A stretch of DNA of 64,000 nt from Phallusia mammillata. Its lineage: Eukaryota. The notes under the pieces were generated by a model. That model saw nothing but the letters and a program-made list of their open reading frames with translations, was not told the DNA's origin and searched no databases. Positions within the stretch are counted from its first letter, which is position 1. Each line of letters starts with the position of its first letter. This document shows, piece by piece, positions 51,101-64,000 of the stretch. The stretch covers positions 29,512,001-29,576,000 of the forward strand of contig OZ281495.1 of the NCBI GenBank assembly GCA_965637545.1, given 5' to 3'. A program made the position numbers and the translations under genes.

Positions 51101-52443
51101 CTCCTATGATTTTGCCTCATTACATCGCAATATGAGTTATGATTTACGGCTTGCGGGGGAATATAGTTGCATATGCAGTCGCTTGAGCGGCGAAAGGGCC
51201 TTTGAACCGGTCTGTGCCGAAGATCGTAAACTTACGGTAAATTGCTTCAGCACATCAAAGTACCGGTTAATTATTCACACAGCCGTCTGCATTAGGTCTA
51301 CCAAGCAGCACTAAAGGGACAACACTCCAAAAGGACATAGTTTGTTAAACTAAGAACAATAACGCGAAATCTTAGTTGTAAAGATTATGCACATATGTAT
51401 TATCACAAAACATTTTTGCATGTACATTGCATGTAAAAACCTCATAAAAACGTTTTATAACATAGTAAAAAATCACTAATGTTTGGCTGCGCAGTTTAAC
51501 AAATTATTGCTCAAACAAACAGCACCGAATTTGTTTTGTTAAAGTTTGGAACTAAACATTCAACTTCAAATATTTTTGAAGAAGCTTTTGAAAATATTTA
51601 CCTACCAGGGCGGAAAAAATGACCTAAACTCCGGAAGCACCAAAACATTAACAGAAAATGTTTGGTCAACACTTTTCGTTTTTTTGTTCTAAACACAAAA
51701 TTTCGCTCTTCTTTCATAATCAATTCATCAGCATCGTTTTGATATCCCTTTGTCAAACACCTCGCCTTTAATTGACACGGGGTTGCGAAGCTCCGTGGTG
51801 TTGTTACCGAGTCAACAAGAGGTCAAAGGTTAACGCAGAGCGCTTTGTTTGTTCGCCTGGCAACTTTCAAGGACGGACATTGTCACAAAACCTGCCGACA
51901 AGTTGTAAATTTGACAAGGCGTCAACAAACAAGCTCGATTGATAGGCAAACTTACGCCGCTTGTCCGGAACATTTAAGTTTGACAAGGTCTGGAAATCTT
52001 CCAAGGTTTAAAGTGGTTACACTTACAGGACAGACAAACAAGACAAACTAAAAATGCACTTTAACAAAAAAGCAGAAAATCCATTTTCTTTCAAAATTTA
52101 GGTATGTCCTAATAGAAGAACCAAACTTGTCCCCGATTTATCCCCATAAAAAACATGTAACAAATCCCTAAATTATAAAGTTTACCCTATTAATTGCTCA
52201 AATAAAGCCTGAATGGTGGCGAGGCCATTTTGTGTCAAAAAAACGTCGTTTCTTTCAATTTAAGAAGCACTTGACCAAAAAAGTTTAATAAAACGAACGT
52301 ACAACTTGAATTACCTCAACCAAAAAGTAGCAAAAAAATATTTGGAAAGCAGTCACTTGCATTAAACTGTATACTTCTTTTCTCCGCAGGAGAGCCACCC
52401 ACGGTTTGTTTGCTGGGTGCCCCAGTGCAGGGTCGAAGGTTAA
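33198..52443 (+). CDS. Secreted CRIM1-type IGFBP-N-domain protein with a C-terminal 14-Cys domain (371 aa, 4 coding exons)
   Basis: Exons 33198-33966, 41695-41782, 47676-47880, 52390-52443 are all GT-AG with consistent phases (1, 2, 0) and total 1116 nt. Features: signal peptide MKFYHSFVAFLILVLQVQA; 12-Cys IGFBP domain (CPECSHIDC...GFCNCCKQCA...CGG...GKCDRGLEC...GIC) ending at a phase-1 intron; then CKPECTREFC...ICSAR...CQGDCQHTTCSAC...RFVCWVPQCRVEG*. The terminal exon choice is less certain than exons 1-3. Confidence 0.85.
35719..36000. mobile_element. hAT-like MITE with cgggc subterminal repeats
   Basis: Ends TAGAGTT...AACTCTA; flanking direct repeat gttccc(ta), so the exact boundary is ambiguous by 2 bp. 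Confidence 0.65.
37117..37295. mobile_element. hAT MITE (family shared with 60636-60847)
   Basis: Starts CAGTGGTGGGATTCA and ends TCTCACCACTG; gaaccgg internal repeats; TSD (t/c)ATAAATC. Confidence 0.85.
39152..39346. mobile_element. hAT MITE (family shared with 32190-32399)
   Basis: TIR CAGTAGTTCTCAAACT / AGTTTGAGAACCACTG; TSD GCCT(G/A)AAG; internal sequence near-identical to 32190-32399. Confidence 0.9.
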
Positions 52444-55400
52444 CATCAAAAGTGGAACAAACAACATTAAGTGCGACGACCCAACGCGAGCACGCAACCT
52501 GCCACGTTTGACTACGGACCGAGTGCCGGATACCAGCCGATTCTGCTGCTGTCCCTGCATTCCAGCTTTGCAGTACGCACTCCAAGGCTGCTATGAGACA
52601 ATTTTGAGACGATTTCTTGCTTTACTGTGCCGCCGTTTTTACAACGCTTGAAGGTGCTTTCCCGAGAACTTGCTTTATTTGTGCGAGGATTCCCCAAAGG
52701 CGAGAACCTGGCCGCGTGTGGCTTGCGGGACAAGCTAAAACGCCCCATTGGAAGTAATGCATCCCGTTAGAGCAGTTTTGCTTTTTTCCATGTTTCAAAA
52801 CCAGTTTCCAACAAAGTTCAACATTTGCACTGCTACTAAAATACGGATTTTTTCGTCCATAAACAGAGCAGAATTATCAAAAACCCTCCTGGTTCATGTT
52901 AACGGTGGATTCATGTAACAATAAAAACACATTCTAAGTGCCCCAATAAATAAGGAAACGTTTAGTTCAAGGCAAAAAGTTTATCTTTTTTATTACGCAA
53001 ATACATTTTTTGTCATTGTCCAATATTTATTGCATAACAATAGTCGGAAGCTTCACTGACCCTCTTTTGTCGTGTGTTTGCATTTATGCTTTGCATTACT
53101 TCAAGCTTTAAAGCCAAGAAATAAAAAAACTGAAAATCATTGCACTTGTGAAAATTATAGTGAGCCCGTGCGTCCTGATCTTTGGCAGTTTTATTTTTGA
53201 TCAAAAGTGATTTTTTAATATTAGATATTTCCACATAAGAAAACTGGAAGTTACAATTGATGGCTTCCATTTTTACATTTATCAGCAGCGACTTTACGCT
53301 ACTCACAACCAAAATAAATGAAAGGCAGTTTACAAAAAAATCGAACAAAGGTTTCTAAACGTCACCCTGAGCAAACAAAGCGAAGATTCTTTGCAATGTC
53401 CTTTGCGCAGCTGAAAAACCGGCAGCCATCAAGCGAGAGTAGATGTGGGCTCGACAAGCGGACTCAGATCACAAGATAAGGCGGGGCAGCGGTCGAAGGG
53501 TGAGACGAAGCTCGACAGCGGGGCTCGGATTACAAGGAGACCGTGCTTCCGCGTTACGTCGGCGGGGTTTAGGCCTTTGATTTTGGGTGGAACGAAGTTT
53601 AGATTCCCCGAGAGGCAGCTGTCGTTACGGCCTGTTGGCTACCAACGCAGCGTCCAGATACACTTGTTTGACACTTGCGCGCTTTTGTTACGGCATCAGT
53701 AAGTGGCGTACTTGCCAAAAGTGAACTGGACTGCTTTGAACATGATACGACTGTGGACTGTCGGCTTCAAGAGTACCAGCTAAGAACCAGAGCATATCTA
53801 TCAGCGAGTTTCATCGCAAAGTTCAACTTAGGGGTGTTCACCATGTGGGCAGAGCCACCATTTTGTAAATAAAACTCGGTAGGTATTTTGGGCCGCGAAA
53901 AAAGGGACACTGCCCCGAAGTCTAGAGTTAAAGTAAAGAGAAATGCAAATTTTTGCTTGTCTGTAGTACGTGTGTGTGAAGCATTAGAACCACTGTTTTA
54001 AATCCCATAGTCAGTACAACTATCAAAACGACTAACATTCAACGAAAATGCGTTTTCTTATATAAGTAACATACAAAACTGTTCGCTTGTTTAGGTTTTA
54101 ACAGAATAGCACAATTTTACACCCTAGTACCAACATAGGCAGTGCAAACGAACAGAAAATGTAGAGAATTGCAACGAAAAGTACAAAGTTATCAATCTGA
54201 TTCGTCTAACCAACAATCATGACACTATTGAAGTATTACCGCATTAACAAGGTGGGTTAGGTGCCGGCCGTTGTGGGGTTAAAATACATCATTTTCAGCC
54301 GCACCCACACCCGGTATTAGGGGTGGGATTTTCGTCTGTCGCAGGGTTGCAATTTATTGAGCAGGAAAACAGTACGGACCATTCACGAGTCCCTACATTG
54401 TGAAATACTAAATCTATACATAGCCAAGAAATCTGCGTAATTCTATTGCGGCGCAACCGTTCCCTTTAATTTTTATTTGCAAAGGCCCAACGTTTCGCCC
54501 TAAATTCATTTTCGTTGTTTTGCTTGAGTTTTTTGGATCATCCAAAAAGACTATGATGAAAGGCTACCGTTTCATGAACGACACGAAATCAACCCTAAAA
54601 CCCGTACTTTTTCACTTCGTGCCGTTTCAAAGGTCAAGATAGTTGAAAATAATGAAATATTTTCGTCATACCCATGGCCTTACAAAATAGTTGTCCTTTG
54701 CGGCACAGTTACAGAAAGTTTGCGGTAGCATAAACAATTTTTGCATATCTTCAAGCAACTTTTGTAGATAAGTAGAGTAAGACATCTAGGGGCGATGCTA
54801 TTAAACTTTCTAACCGCCCTCCAAACAGCTAAAAAAATTAAAAACGCACCCACTCTTTAGTCAAAACCCGAAACTCAAACACATTTTACGGGCAATAAGC
54901 CAGTTTTTTTGCGTATGGTTTCAAGCTGAAGATTTCCACTTTGAACTTTTGCATTAAACGGCAAACAAATGTTGACCATCAAATTCATAGCACTCTATAA
55001 ATTTGATAGTATACCTGGCAGCAACAGCATACATAAATGTTGACCACTCTAAACAATATAAAAAACCTCCGTATTTTTTACGTAAGGGCTGAAAATCCTT
55101 ACCCCGAAAGGCATAAAATATTAAGTGGAAACTTAACAACATATCTTCTTAGTCGCATAATCGTAACTTTCGTTTCAAAAGAGCACGTCGTATACGACAT
55201 ACGATCAACGGGATTTGTGTTCCATAAATATTTGACCACAGATCTTCCTAATATGGACCGTAACTGGTTTGGAAATGGGTCTTTTTTCAATTCTGTAAGT
55301 GCACCCAAATGCAGCGGATGCGGCAAGTGACCGTGAAAAACGTGGCCGGGCAGCTTTTAATCATGGCATATACTGTTGCCATTTGCACTGTTGAGAAAAT

Positions 55401-58002
55401 GCCTACAAGGTCAAAGAGCAAAACTGAACAACTAAAACTAATAGGATCCAAACTGATGAATCAGGCATCACAACACACAATATTGCCGCTTGACTGAGCC
55501 TCTGTCAAATACATGACATTTGTTTCCATTACAGCGTCTTTACTTTGCTTGGTTTACGTGTAATTTCTTTTTTACGTGTAATTTCCCAATAAATTTGTTT
55601 AATACACCCAATGAACCCATTTAAGTTCATAAAAAACATTATTCATTTGTCCTTAAAATGTACATATTTCGCCTTTACAGCATAATCAGTATAAAGGACA
55701 GTAAAATTACTAATACTTTGTAGACGTGACAAGCAGCTTTATGTGAAAACAGACGCATTTATACATATACAAACGCCTAATTTGGCGCTTCATGGCCGTT
55801 TTTTGACCGCCTGTGCGCAAGTATTTGCTGCTCGGGGGACGCAATCATTGCCTGTTACGCTTGTGCCTGCCTTGCAATTTTGTAATACAACCTGCTAGGT
55901 TGGCTTTAATCACAGGAAAATGTTTTTATGCAACTCCACACTTCGAAATGGCTGTTTCCAATGCTAATTTGCGTTCCTACTTTTATAAATATTTAACACT
56001 GATAGTATACATTGGTGATATTCATTATAAGATATGCTTGATAACAAACTGAATGGAAAAGAAAATAATTTAGAGGCAAAATGTACAAGTACATACTTTA
56101 GTTATGTCAGCCATTTTGCCAAACCCTTTTAATGGCAATAATGATACTTTATACAACTATTATGACGTAATAGGTCAACTTTATATCATGTATAAATAAC
56201 AGGTCGTTTGAAACAGCGCTAAACAGTAGCTTTCCTGGCAAATCAAATATCAACACGCCAATGATTATACCTTTGTACTTCAAGCAAAGTTATAACCTTT
56301 TAAGTCAACATCTATAACAAGTTGACTTAGGGCGACATCAAACGCATATAAACACAAAAAACATGTGTTATAAAGCCGCCCTAAATAACTTAACATAAGA
56401 GCCTTGATTCCAACCAGCTAGTAAAGATAAGCATCTACCTCCAGGATAGATCTAACGCAACCGGTGTGATGTTTTTGTGTAGCATTATTTACCTTAGCTT
56501 GTAGACATGTTTTCAACCCGGCATATGCTATCCGTGTTGCAGAAGTTCTAGCAGTTTGGCATTTTCCAAAGGCCTTGTCAAGGTCAATAAACTACGTTCG
56601 GTATCTTCAAAGCTGATTTGCTGTTAACGGTTTCTTGAATTTTCACAAAACAAGTCCTGTTGAATTTGCTTGCAAAGTTTTCCCGCTCAAAACTTGCACA
56701 AACAGTAAACATTAACGTTTATCCAATGATCGAAAGGACAGTTATTTTATTTTTGTTGTTTTATCGTAAGTTTACTACAAAATGACAATTTTGGTGCATT
56801 ACAGTTTATTGCCACAAACTTCCAGTAAATATATGTTCGAATTTAAACATGTGAGACACATTCGTCCTTAAGAAAAGAAGTCTTAACATTTGGGGAGGGT
56901 GGGCATTTAATACAATGTTAATGGGTGGGCATTTAATACAATGCTGACCAATTTTACTGAAATTTTTGACAGCTTCATAATTTTATAAATTTTAGCATTT
57001 AGGCTATTGTTGGCAAAGGGTGTGGTTTATTTGATTGTCCCAGAAATCAACAACTTTGTTCACCAAAGAGCAATAAAAGTCTTCTTGTGTTTACTTTTAC
57101 ACCAATTACAATCAAGCTCTAAACCAGGGGTCTTCAACCTTTTTGGTGCAATTGGCCCCTTTCCAATGCACTGCCTCAAAATCGCGTGCAAACGAAACAA
57201 ATGTGAAGTAAAGCTCGTTACCGTTGTATTTAAAAACTATGGCCTGTCACCATCCATAGCCTCAATACAGTGTCCCATGTGGCTAATTAAATGCCCAACC
57301 TTGCTTTCGAGATCAAAAAAGTACAAAAATCCCCAGTAAACACAATGTATTCAGTTAGCAGCATGTTTATGCTGATGCGTCTCTTGTCCCTGGTGTTTGT
57401 TTGCAAGACGAATTACATCTGCTTGTAAGTTAAAGTTAGCTGAGTCTCACAGTTCTTGTACACATTTCAAATCGCCCCAGCTTCCAAATGGTTTTGCTGA
57501 AAATCAGGTTGATGTGGCAATGCTTGGCAACTGGCCGATTCTGTAAACTACTTCAATAGGCATGGCGTGCCATTTTTATTCGAGTTCGCATTTATCGTCC
57601 TCGCGCATCACCTAGTGTTAAACGAAATATTTTTGTTCGAGGCTTTCGTTAACTGTACTGGCCGAAACGTTTGCTTCTATCGTCTTTCTCAGCCGTCAGC
57701 AATAACACAAAATATTGTAGTTGTATTTGTTTGTCATAAAGCATGTAACAGCACGACCAAACACATAGTTGACAATAATAATAGACGAAGCGATGTCACA
57801 ATTTTCGTGGAATCTTAGATTCCAAAGCATTATTTACGAAAAAGCAAAACCCACAACTGCCACCAACTTCGCTAGGCAAAGTTTAAAACAACAATGAAAC
57901 GAGAGAGTTCAAAAATGCTATCGAGGACATAGGTTTGAACAGTTGACTCATATGAAAGCAAACAAAACTATCAGAGATGACATTTAGACACAACCCTTAG
58001 GT

Positions 58003-58266
58003 CAGTGGTTCTCAACTAGTTTCAGGGTATGAGTAAGAATAAAGAGAGCATACACAACAAGTACATTGGCTTGAAATGTATTCCTTCAATACAGAATTTG
58101 TGGAGGTGCTATCAAACAACCGACAGCTAACAATAATAACATGGATAAGTTTTTTTCGTACTGAATATTCAATAAAGTATATGTGACTATTTCCAGTTTA
58201 TCACCAAATATGATTAACGTCTTGTGGACCACGTAAAAGTCATCATGGACCACTAGTTGAGAACTG
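58003..58266. mobile_element. hAT MITE
   Basis: Starts CAGTGGTTCTCAACTAGT and ends ACTAGTTGAGAACTG; perfect TSD CCTTAGGT. Confidence 0.85.
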
Positions 58267-58428
58267 CCTTAGGTTATGCAGTGGTACCAACTACTGCACT
58301 GTGATTTCGAGCACATCATTATTGCAATCTGTACGAACACATTCGTGTACCAGCTATACCTGTACGGAAGTGTCAACACAATATTAATAGGTGATAGTTT
58401 GGATGTCCTTGGGACAAATAGTGTTCGA

Positions 58429-61400
58429 TTAATGAACTTTAAGATGCTTCTGAATTTTGTGAATCGTTTTTCGGTCAAGGGCACAGAGGTCAAAGTCCAT
58501 TGCGTCACCGTCCATCGCGAATTGACCGGATTTTTGAACAATTGAACGAACCTTTACAAGCACAACGACATAAGTGAAATATGGTCAAAAAAGGTGAAAC
58601 CTAATCGAACCCTATACATTGAAAGCTTGAACAAAATTATAAACAAAATAGATTGACATAAGGAAAAGACAAAAAATAATCACATAAAATAAAAGTAAAA
58701 AAAAACATAACTAGAGACTTACAAACGACTTTTTTTACAAGAAATTTGTTAAATATCGTTTTTACTGCACTGCACCTAACTTTGTTTTTGTGTCAAACCA
58801 ATCTGCTTCAAAATTGCAAACTTTCACAAAATATTTTCTACAAATATTACATTTTAATCAAGACTACAAACAACAAAAGAACTGAAAAGTTACCTTTTTC
58901 TTGACTGCAGCATCGCGTATTTGTGACAAAGCATTCTGCAGTTGCTTCAGTTGTTCGAACCAATTCGCGTTCAAACCAGGAAAGTTTTTGAGCTCCGTGC
59001 CGACGCTTACAGTAACCATGGGCGACGGTGGTCTAGCAACGCGACTGGGAGGTCTGAAAAGTGAAAAATAATTCGACAAAAATATATATATATCACTGCA
59101 AATCAACATTATAGTATAACCAGGGTTGCCATACCGTCCTTATTTCTAAGATTTGTCCTTATTTTGAAGGGCTATGTCTTAGAAAAGTTTGTTTTCCTTA
59201 TTTCTAAGAAATGTCCTTATTTTTGGCTTGAGTCCTTCTTTTGTCTAATTTTCAACAATTACTGGTCAAATCCCTGCTACAAGTAACAGTAAACCTAGAC
59301 CTAAGCTGTTGTGAGATGCACGAAGTATTTTCTACGAACAAGGAGTAGCTGCAAAAAAATTGTTTCTGGCCAAAATATTTCATATGACATGTCATGACTC
59401 GTATAAATGCAAAGATTTGTTCAAAAACGTTTGTTTTGTATGAAAATTTTTTTCTGTTGTCCTTATTTTTGGTTTCAAGCCGATGGCAACCCTGAGTATA
59501 ACGCTAAATTAAAAATAGTCCTTTGCACAACAAGGTCAACTGTTAAGCGTACACCAGTTACACAAATCAGCAACGAATGTGATTCTAACTTAAAACAATT
59601 ATGACAAAGGGCTTTGCACTCAGCTTTGATTAACGAACGATGTAGAATCTGCTCGTAGCAAAAGCTGGCCAGTGCAACTACTTGAGTAGACCCAACATTT
59701 TTCCCAGGATTTGCAAATACATATTTTTTGGTAGCTCAGCATAAAAAAACAATATCACACGTACGATGTTTCAACTAGTCGCTTCTTTTCAGGAGGAAAG
59801 CTCTTAGGATTTCTATGCTGCGGGGAATTTTCTTCAAACAAATCTCCTTCACTGTCGCTATGACAACACAATTTGCTAACAATAAATTTTATAAAACCAA
59901 ACAATAAAGGACTCTCATTTTATTAAAAAAAAAATTCAGTGCAACGTTAGGTTCCCAATTGTTTCACCCAAAAAAATCTTCTTCCAAAAATTCTTTTCAA
60001 AAACATAGTCACAAAAACATTTTTTTACTGAAATCTCAAACTTTGAAACTAAGCAAATTACCTCTCGCGATCATCACGTGATGAAACCGATGCAGCGTCA
60101 TCGCTTGTGACGTCATGGGTGTCTTTATGCAGGAGAAGCGGTGGCAAGGGGGAGTGGACGGGGGAGGGCGACTCAGATGATGATCGAATTGGCGAAACTG
60201 CAATGTCATGCAAAAAAACATGACTCATGGAACATTCAGCGGTTAAGACCTAGCGTTCAAGCTTTAAACTTATTTATTTATTTTTCTTGTACTTGTGATA
60301 TGAACGAATATGCTTACTCAGATCTTGTTGGAAGACTTGTTGTCTTGACGGTACACGCTCTGGTTCCTGTTCAACTAAAAACACCACAACGTCAAATACA
60401 AATAAACGATAAGATAGTCCAGTGTGATTTTTACCCAAAATAGCAACAAAGATATTAGCTAAAAGCATGGATTTTGTGATAATATTGGGCGAAGTGTTAC
60501 ATTGGCATGTTTGTATGTGGTGTTAACCAACCAACACTTTAAATGTAATTTAAACCTAAATTTTAATACTTTCTGTCAGTGAGCGGAACTAATGTACTTT
60601 TGTTTACTAACTCGACTAACACTGCATGCTGTAATCAGTGGTGGGGTTCAGCCGGAACGCACCGGTTTTATAGAACCGTCTCACGAAATTTTATGAGATC
60701 AGCGAACCGGTTAGCATTACTGGTTACTGTCAACGGACTTTTTGTAACAGAACCGGCTGAAAAATATGACCTTTGTGATAGAACCAGCTGAAAATTATGA
60801 CCTTTGTTATAGAACCGGCTCACAAAATATTTTGAATCCTACCATTGACTGTAATGTTGTAACAGTTTGTGAAACAGTAATTGTATATTACGTAAAAACT
60901 CCGTATTATAAAAGAGACAGATGTAATATCAGGATCCGGTAAATCGCATGATCCGTTTTATTGCATTGAAATCATAATTCTCAGGCGTAGCTAATTGTTA
61001 AAAAAAATCAGTCTGGTTAATGGCATAATCGAAAGTTAGTCACGCGATTAACCGGATTCGTCAGTATCAGTTTACCTGCGCTTGAATCGCTGTCGCTTGT
61101 CACAGGCAATCTGCTTTCTAAAACAAAACACAATTTTGTGTAAATGACACAATTTAAGACAGTCGTAAAAACAAACCTCTAGTTGGGGTTGGTTTTGATC
61201 TCGGTTTCTTGTCACTAGAGTGCGCTGCAGGGCGCTCTTTGTGGCTTGAGCTGAAAACCAAAAAACACGCCTTTCAAATACGTAAATTTTTACACAATTT
61301 TTCCCATGCATAGCTTATGTAACAGCAATATACGATAATTATCCAAAGATTACACGCGGAATGTTGTTTTAGCGGTGGGGCGTGAAATACTAGTTTACCT

Positions 61401-63848
61401 GGAATGAGACGATTTCTCTTTCTTTCGTTTCAGCTGTGGCGAGTTACCCGGAAGTACTTCCTTGTTGTGATTTCCCACGCTCGTAGGAGTTGTGGTAATT
61501 TTCGCACGCGGCTTAGATGACTTGTGTCTTTTCTCTACAATGTAATGCCGTTGAAGATTGTTTCAGTAAAAACTTACACAAGTTTGCATAGGTGCTGACA
61601 ACTTCATTTTGAGAAGATATTTTTTTTGCTCTAATGCAATTCATGATGTAATTTAAACATAATTTTTGTAAGTATGTGATGTAGCACCAGCGCAGGCGCA
61701 AAAATACCACTAATTAATAAAGAAAGAGGAACCAGTTTTATTGAAAACATTAGTAAGGTCTTCTCAATCTAAGCCTAGCGCTCCCCTGGGTAGTTGTTGA
61801 ATTAGTACACATAAAAAAATGGTCTCAAAAACATCCATTTTTTAAAAACAAAACAATATGAAAGTGAGTAATAAAGCAAAAAAAGTTGAGAAACTTGGGA
61901 ATAATCACTAAAAATTCAACAAAAAATTACCTTTCCCACTGTTTGGTGCACTAGACCGTGCAAAGGAAGTGTCTGAATTGACAACAAAGGTGTTATGCGG
62001 AGGTGTCTCACATATGTCCATGTCCATTAACTCTGTGTTGTCCCTTTTGGGAGGAAGAGGAGAAGGTTTCCTCACTTCTTCTTTCTTCATTTTCTTCGCC
62101 AACTTTTTGGCCTCCTTTAGTTTATCCTTCTTCATCTTTTTCCTGATTCTCCTCTCCTCTTCGGAGTCAGAGTCCGAACGCATCATCTCGACTTTCTTCG
62201 GAGGAGCAAGATCGCTGTCGGAAGACGACATGGTCCGGCGCTTCTTCTGTTTTGTTTCTTGTTTAATCTTCAGGACACTAGGTGGCGGTTTTCTGCACAA
62301 AAGGTCCAAAATATTTTCTAATGACATTTTCAGTTTATCAAGACTTTCAGCAATTTGTTGAAACGTCTGCATGATGTATTCTGTATACACAAGCTCTCTG
62401 GCTTTTTGATAAATTTCTAGGTGTCCCTTTTCTAGTTCTACGCCAGTGGTTTAGACCAGGGAGCCGAACCGCTTGTCATACGGGTTCAGGTTCGGTTCGG
62501 GTTCACCTGGTTTTGTTTTTAAGTGTTCGGGTTCTGTTCCGGTTTTTAAAAATGTATATTTTCGGGTTTGGGTTTTGTTCAGGTTTGGCCAAATTATCTG
62601 GTCCGAACTGGTTTGCGGTTTTTAAACCGGTTCAAATTTTTATTCATTTTAATTTTTTTTATCCATCATCTACGTGGCCTTATAAAACTCCAAAAGAATT
62701 TTGTCCGTGCACTGTTATTTTTGACACGCCCTATAAGTGTTATCTTTTGTATTTTTCAGTGCGGTGTTTGAAAAAAATTCGCAAAATATAAAACAGACTG
62801 CATTTTTTACTGGTTCGGTTCCGGTTCGGGTTCAACGCCAAACGAAATACAGGGTTCAACTTCGGTTCGGGTTTTTAGAAAATCGTAATTAGCGGTTCAG
62901 GTTCGGTTCGGGTTTAATGAAATTAACCGCTCAAACCGGTTCGCGGGTTCGGGTTCAGTTCCGGTTTGACTCCCTGGTTTAGACCCACTGTAGATACTCA
63001 TTTAAAATCCAGTCAGCTCTTCACTTCATTCTATAATTTCCAAAAAGTAAGTAATATTTTTCAACACCAATAGTTCAGCATACCCCCCACCACCAAACAG
63101 CCCCTGGGGGTAAAGGGTAGGGCTGTATAAGAACCGCTGTTTTAAATTTTTTGTACTGGTTCAACGCACATGTTTATGCTCAAAGTTTGTTTATTTAATT
63201 TATTTTTTTGTTAGTGGTATTAAGAGTAACTTTTCTAATTTCTATACATTGTCAGTGGATTAAATATTTTACAATTCTTACACAAGGCAACATTAATTAA
63301 TGGCCCGACCCAAAATATCTAGCATATCAGCAACAAGCCTAAATTAACACAAGAGCAGAACACAAATCCAAATACTTCTCTTTTTTTCTTTTTTCCGGAA
63401 ACTTCTCAATTCTTTCACTTGACTCCTTCTTTATTTTAACATCAGGAGGTGAAGGCCTAAAATATATTTTTTATTTTACATTTAAAGCCTCGGTTTGATA
63501 AAATAGATCTGACAACACATTTTAGCTCCATCAAAGTAAAATTTGACTTTGAATTAAAAAAGAAAAACTCACTGATGTTTCGATTTTACAGTCTCAAGTC
63601 AAACATCACCTTTTTTCACTTGAAGCTTTGGTGTCTTCTCTTTTACTTGGTTCCTTCTTTTTAATTTGCTTTATATCGATGCTTTCTTCACGTGAGAATA
63701 GACTCGGGGGCTGACCTTTCTCAATTTTAATCTGAGAAAAGTAAATTCAGCTGCACAGAAAATGTTAACAGTCTTCTGACATTACCTTGATTTTGTTCAA
63801 CTTTTCTCTTGGCTTTTTGTCAGCTGGTGCTGATGAATTCAACTTCTC
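58429..63848 (-). CDS. MLLT3: AF9/ENL-like (MLLT3/MLLT1 family) protein, 3' part: K/S-rich linker + ANC1 homology domain; YEATS domain expected beyond the window
   Basis: Twelve phase-consistent GT-AG exons: 63848-63786, 63731-63610, 63456-63376, 62292-61931, 61534-61399, 61250-61177, 61117-61076, 60374-60318, 60197-60062, 59857-59765, 59053-58894, 58551-58429. The C-terminus WFEQLKQLQNALSQIRDAAVKKKVRSIVQKSGQFAMDGDAMDFDLCALDRKTIHKIQKHLKVH* matches the AHD pattern (helix-helix-G.F...DFDLC.LD..T..K.Q..L). The symbol denotes the family; MLLT1 and MLLT3 cannot be distinguished here. Confidence 0.78.
59121..59494. mobile_element. hAT MITE in an AF9/ENL intron
   Basis: TIR CAGGGTTGCCA / TGGCAACCCTG; perfect TSD AGTATAAC; internal gtccttattt repeats. 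Confidence 0.9.
60636..60847. mobile_element. hAT MITE in an AF9/ENL intron (family shared with 37117-37295)
   Basis: Starts CAGTGGTGGGGTTCA and ends TGAATCCTACCATTG; TSD (g/a)CTGTAAT. Confidence 0.85.
62457..62976. mobile_element. hAT MITE in an AF9/ENL intron
   Basis: TIR CAGGGAG(C/T)C(G/A)AACCG; perfect TSD GTTTAGAC; many ggttcggg/ccggtt subterminal repeats. Confidence 0.9.
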
Positions 63849-64000
63849 CTGAAAAGAATTGAAAGAATTTAGTACATTTAAAAACCCACGCCTAACTATA
63901 CTGTTAAATAAAAACAAATGCTATTCAAATTATGGTGTATTTTTTCCTATGCAAATAAGGAGAAAAAATACACAATTACTGTAAATCATTTACAAAAAAA

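Noticed and set aside
62293-62456. 5' part of ORF 61908-62390 (MYTEYIMQTFQQIAESLDKLKMSLENILDLL) and a coding-looking stretch across the MITE
   Set aside because: The phase-consistent AF9/ENL model uses the acceptor ttttgtgcag at 62293, so this is intron; upstream frames contain stops.

Overview
AT-rich, spliceosomal-intron-containing animal genomic DNA; the short introns and gene content suggest an invertebrate chordate such as an ascidian, which is inference only. Left half (1-31 kb): a cluster of four paralogous NLR-like STAND genes (NB-ARC-type NTPase + helical domain + C-terminal TPR-like repeats), arranged as two on the - strand and two on the + strand. The ORF track misses their real N-termini. 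Each gene has a separate 97-nt coding exon encoding a ~32-aa N/G/V/T/I-rich motif resembling RHIM/fungal/bacterial amyloid signalling motifs. An in-frame TAA sits immediately before the ATG in all four copies, so there is no N-terminal death-fold or TIR domain. This fungal-style 'amyloid motif-NB-ARC-TPR' architecture is the main candidate for an undescribed system. The cluster also contains duplicated flanks, an orphan promoter copy, a truncated Penelope-like RT, and a hAT element nested in a CACTA-like element. Right half: a 4-coding-exon secreted protein (371 aa, CRIM1-type IGFBP N-domain + 14-Cys C-terminal domain; 33198-52443, +) and the 3' 12 exons of an AF9/ENL (MLLT3/MLLT1)-like gene (58429->63848, -), plus many hAT and Harbinger MITEs. 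All gene models were built by eye from splice signals and phase consistency; no database searches were run.
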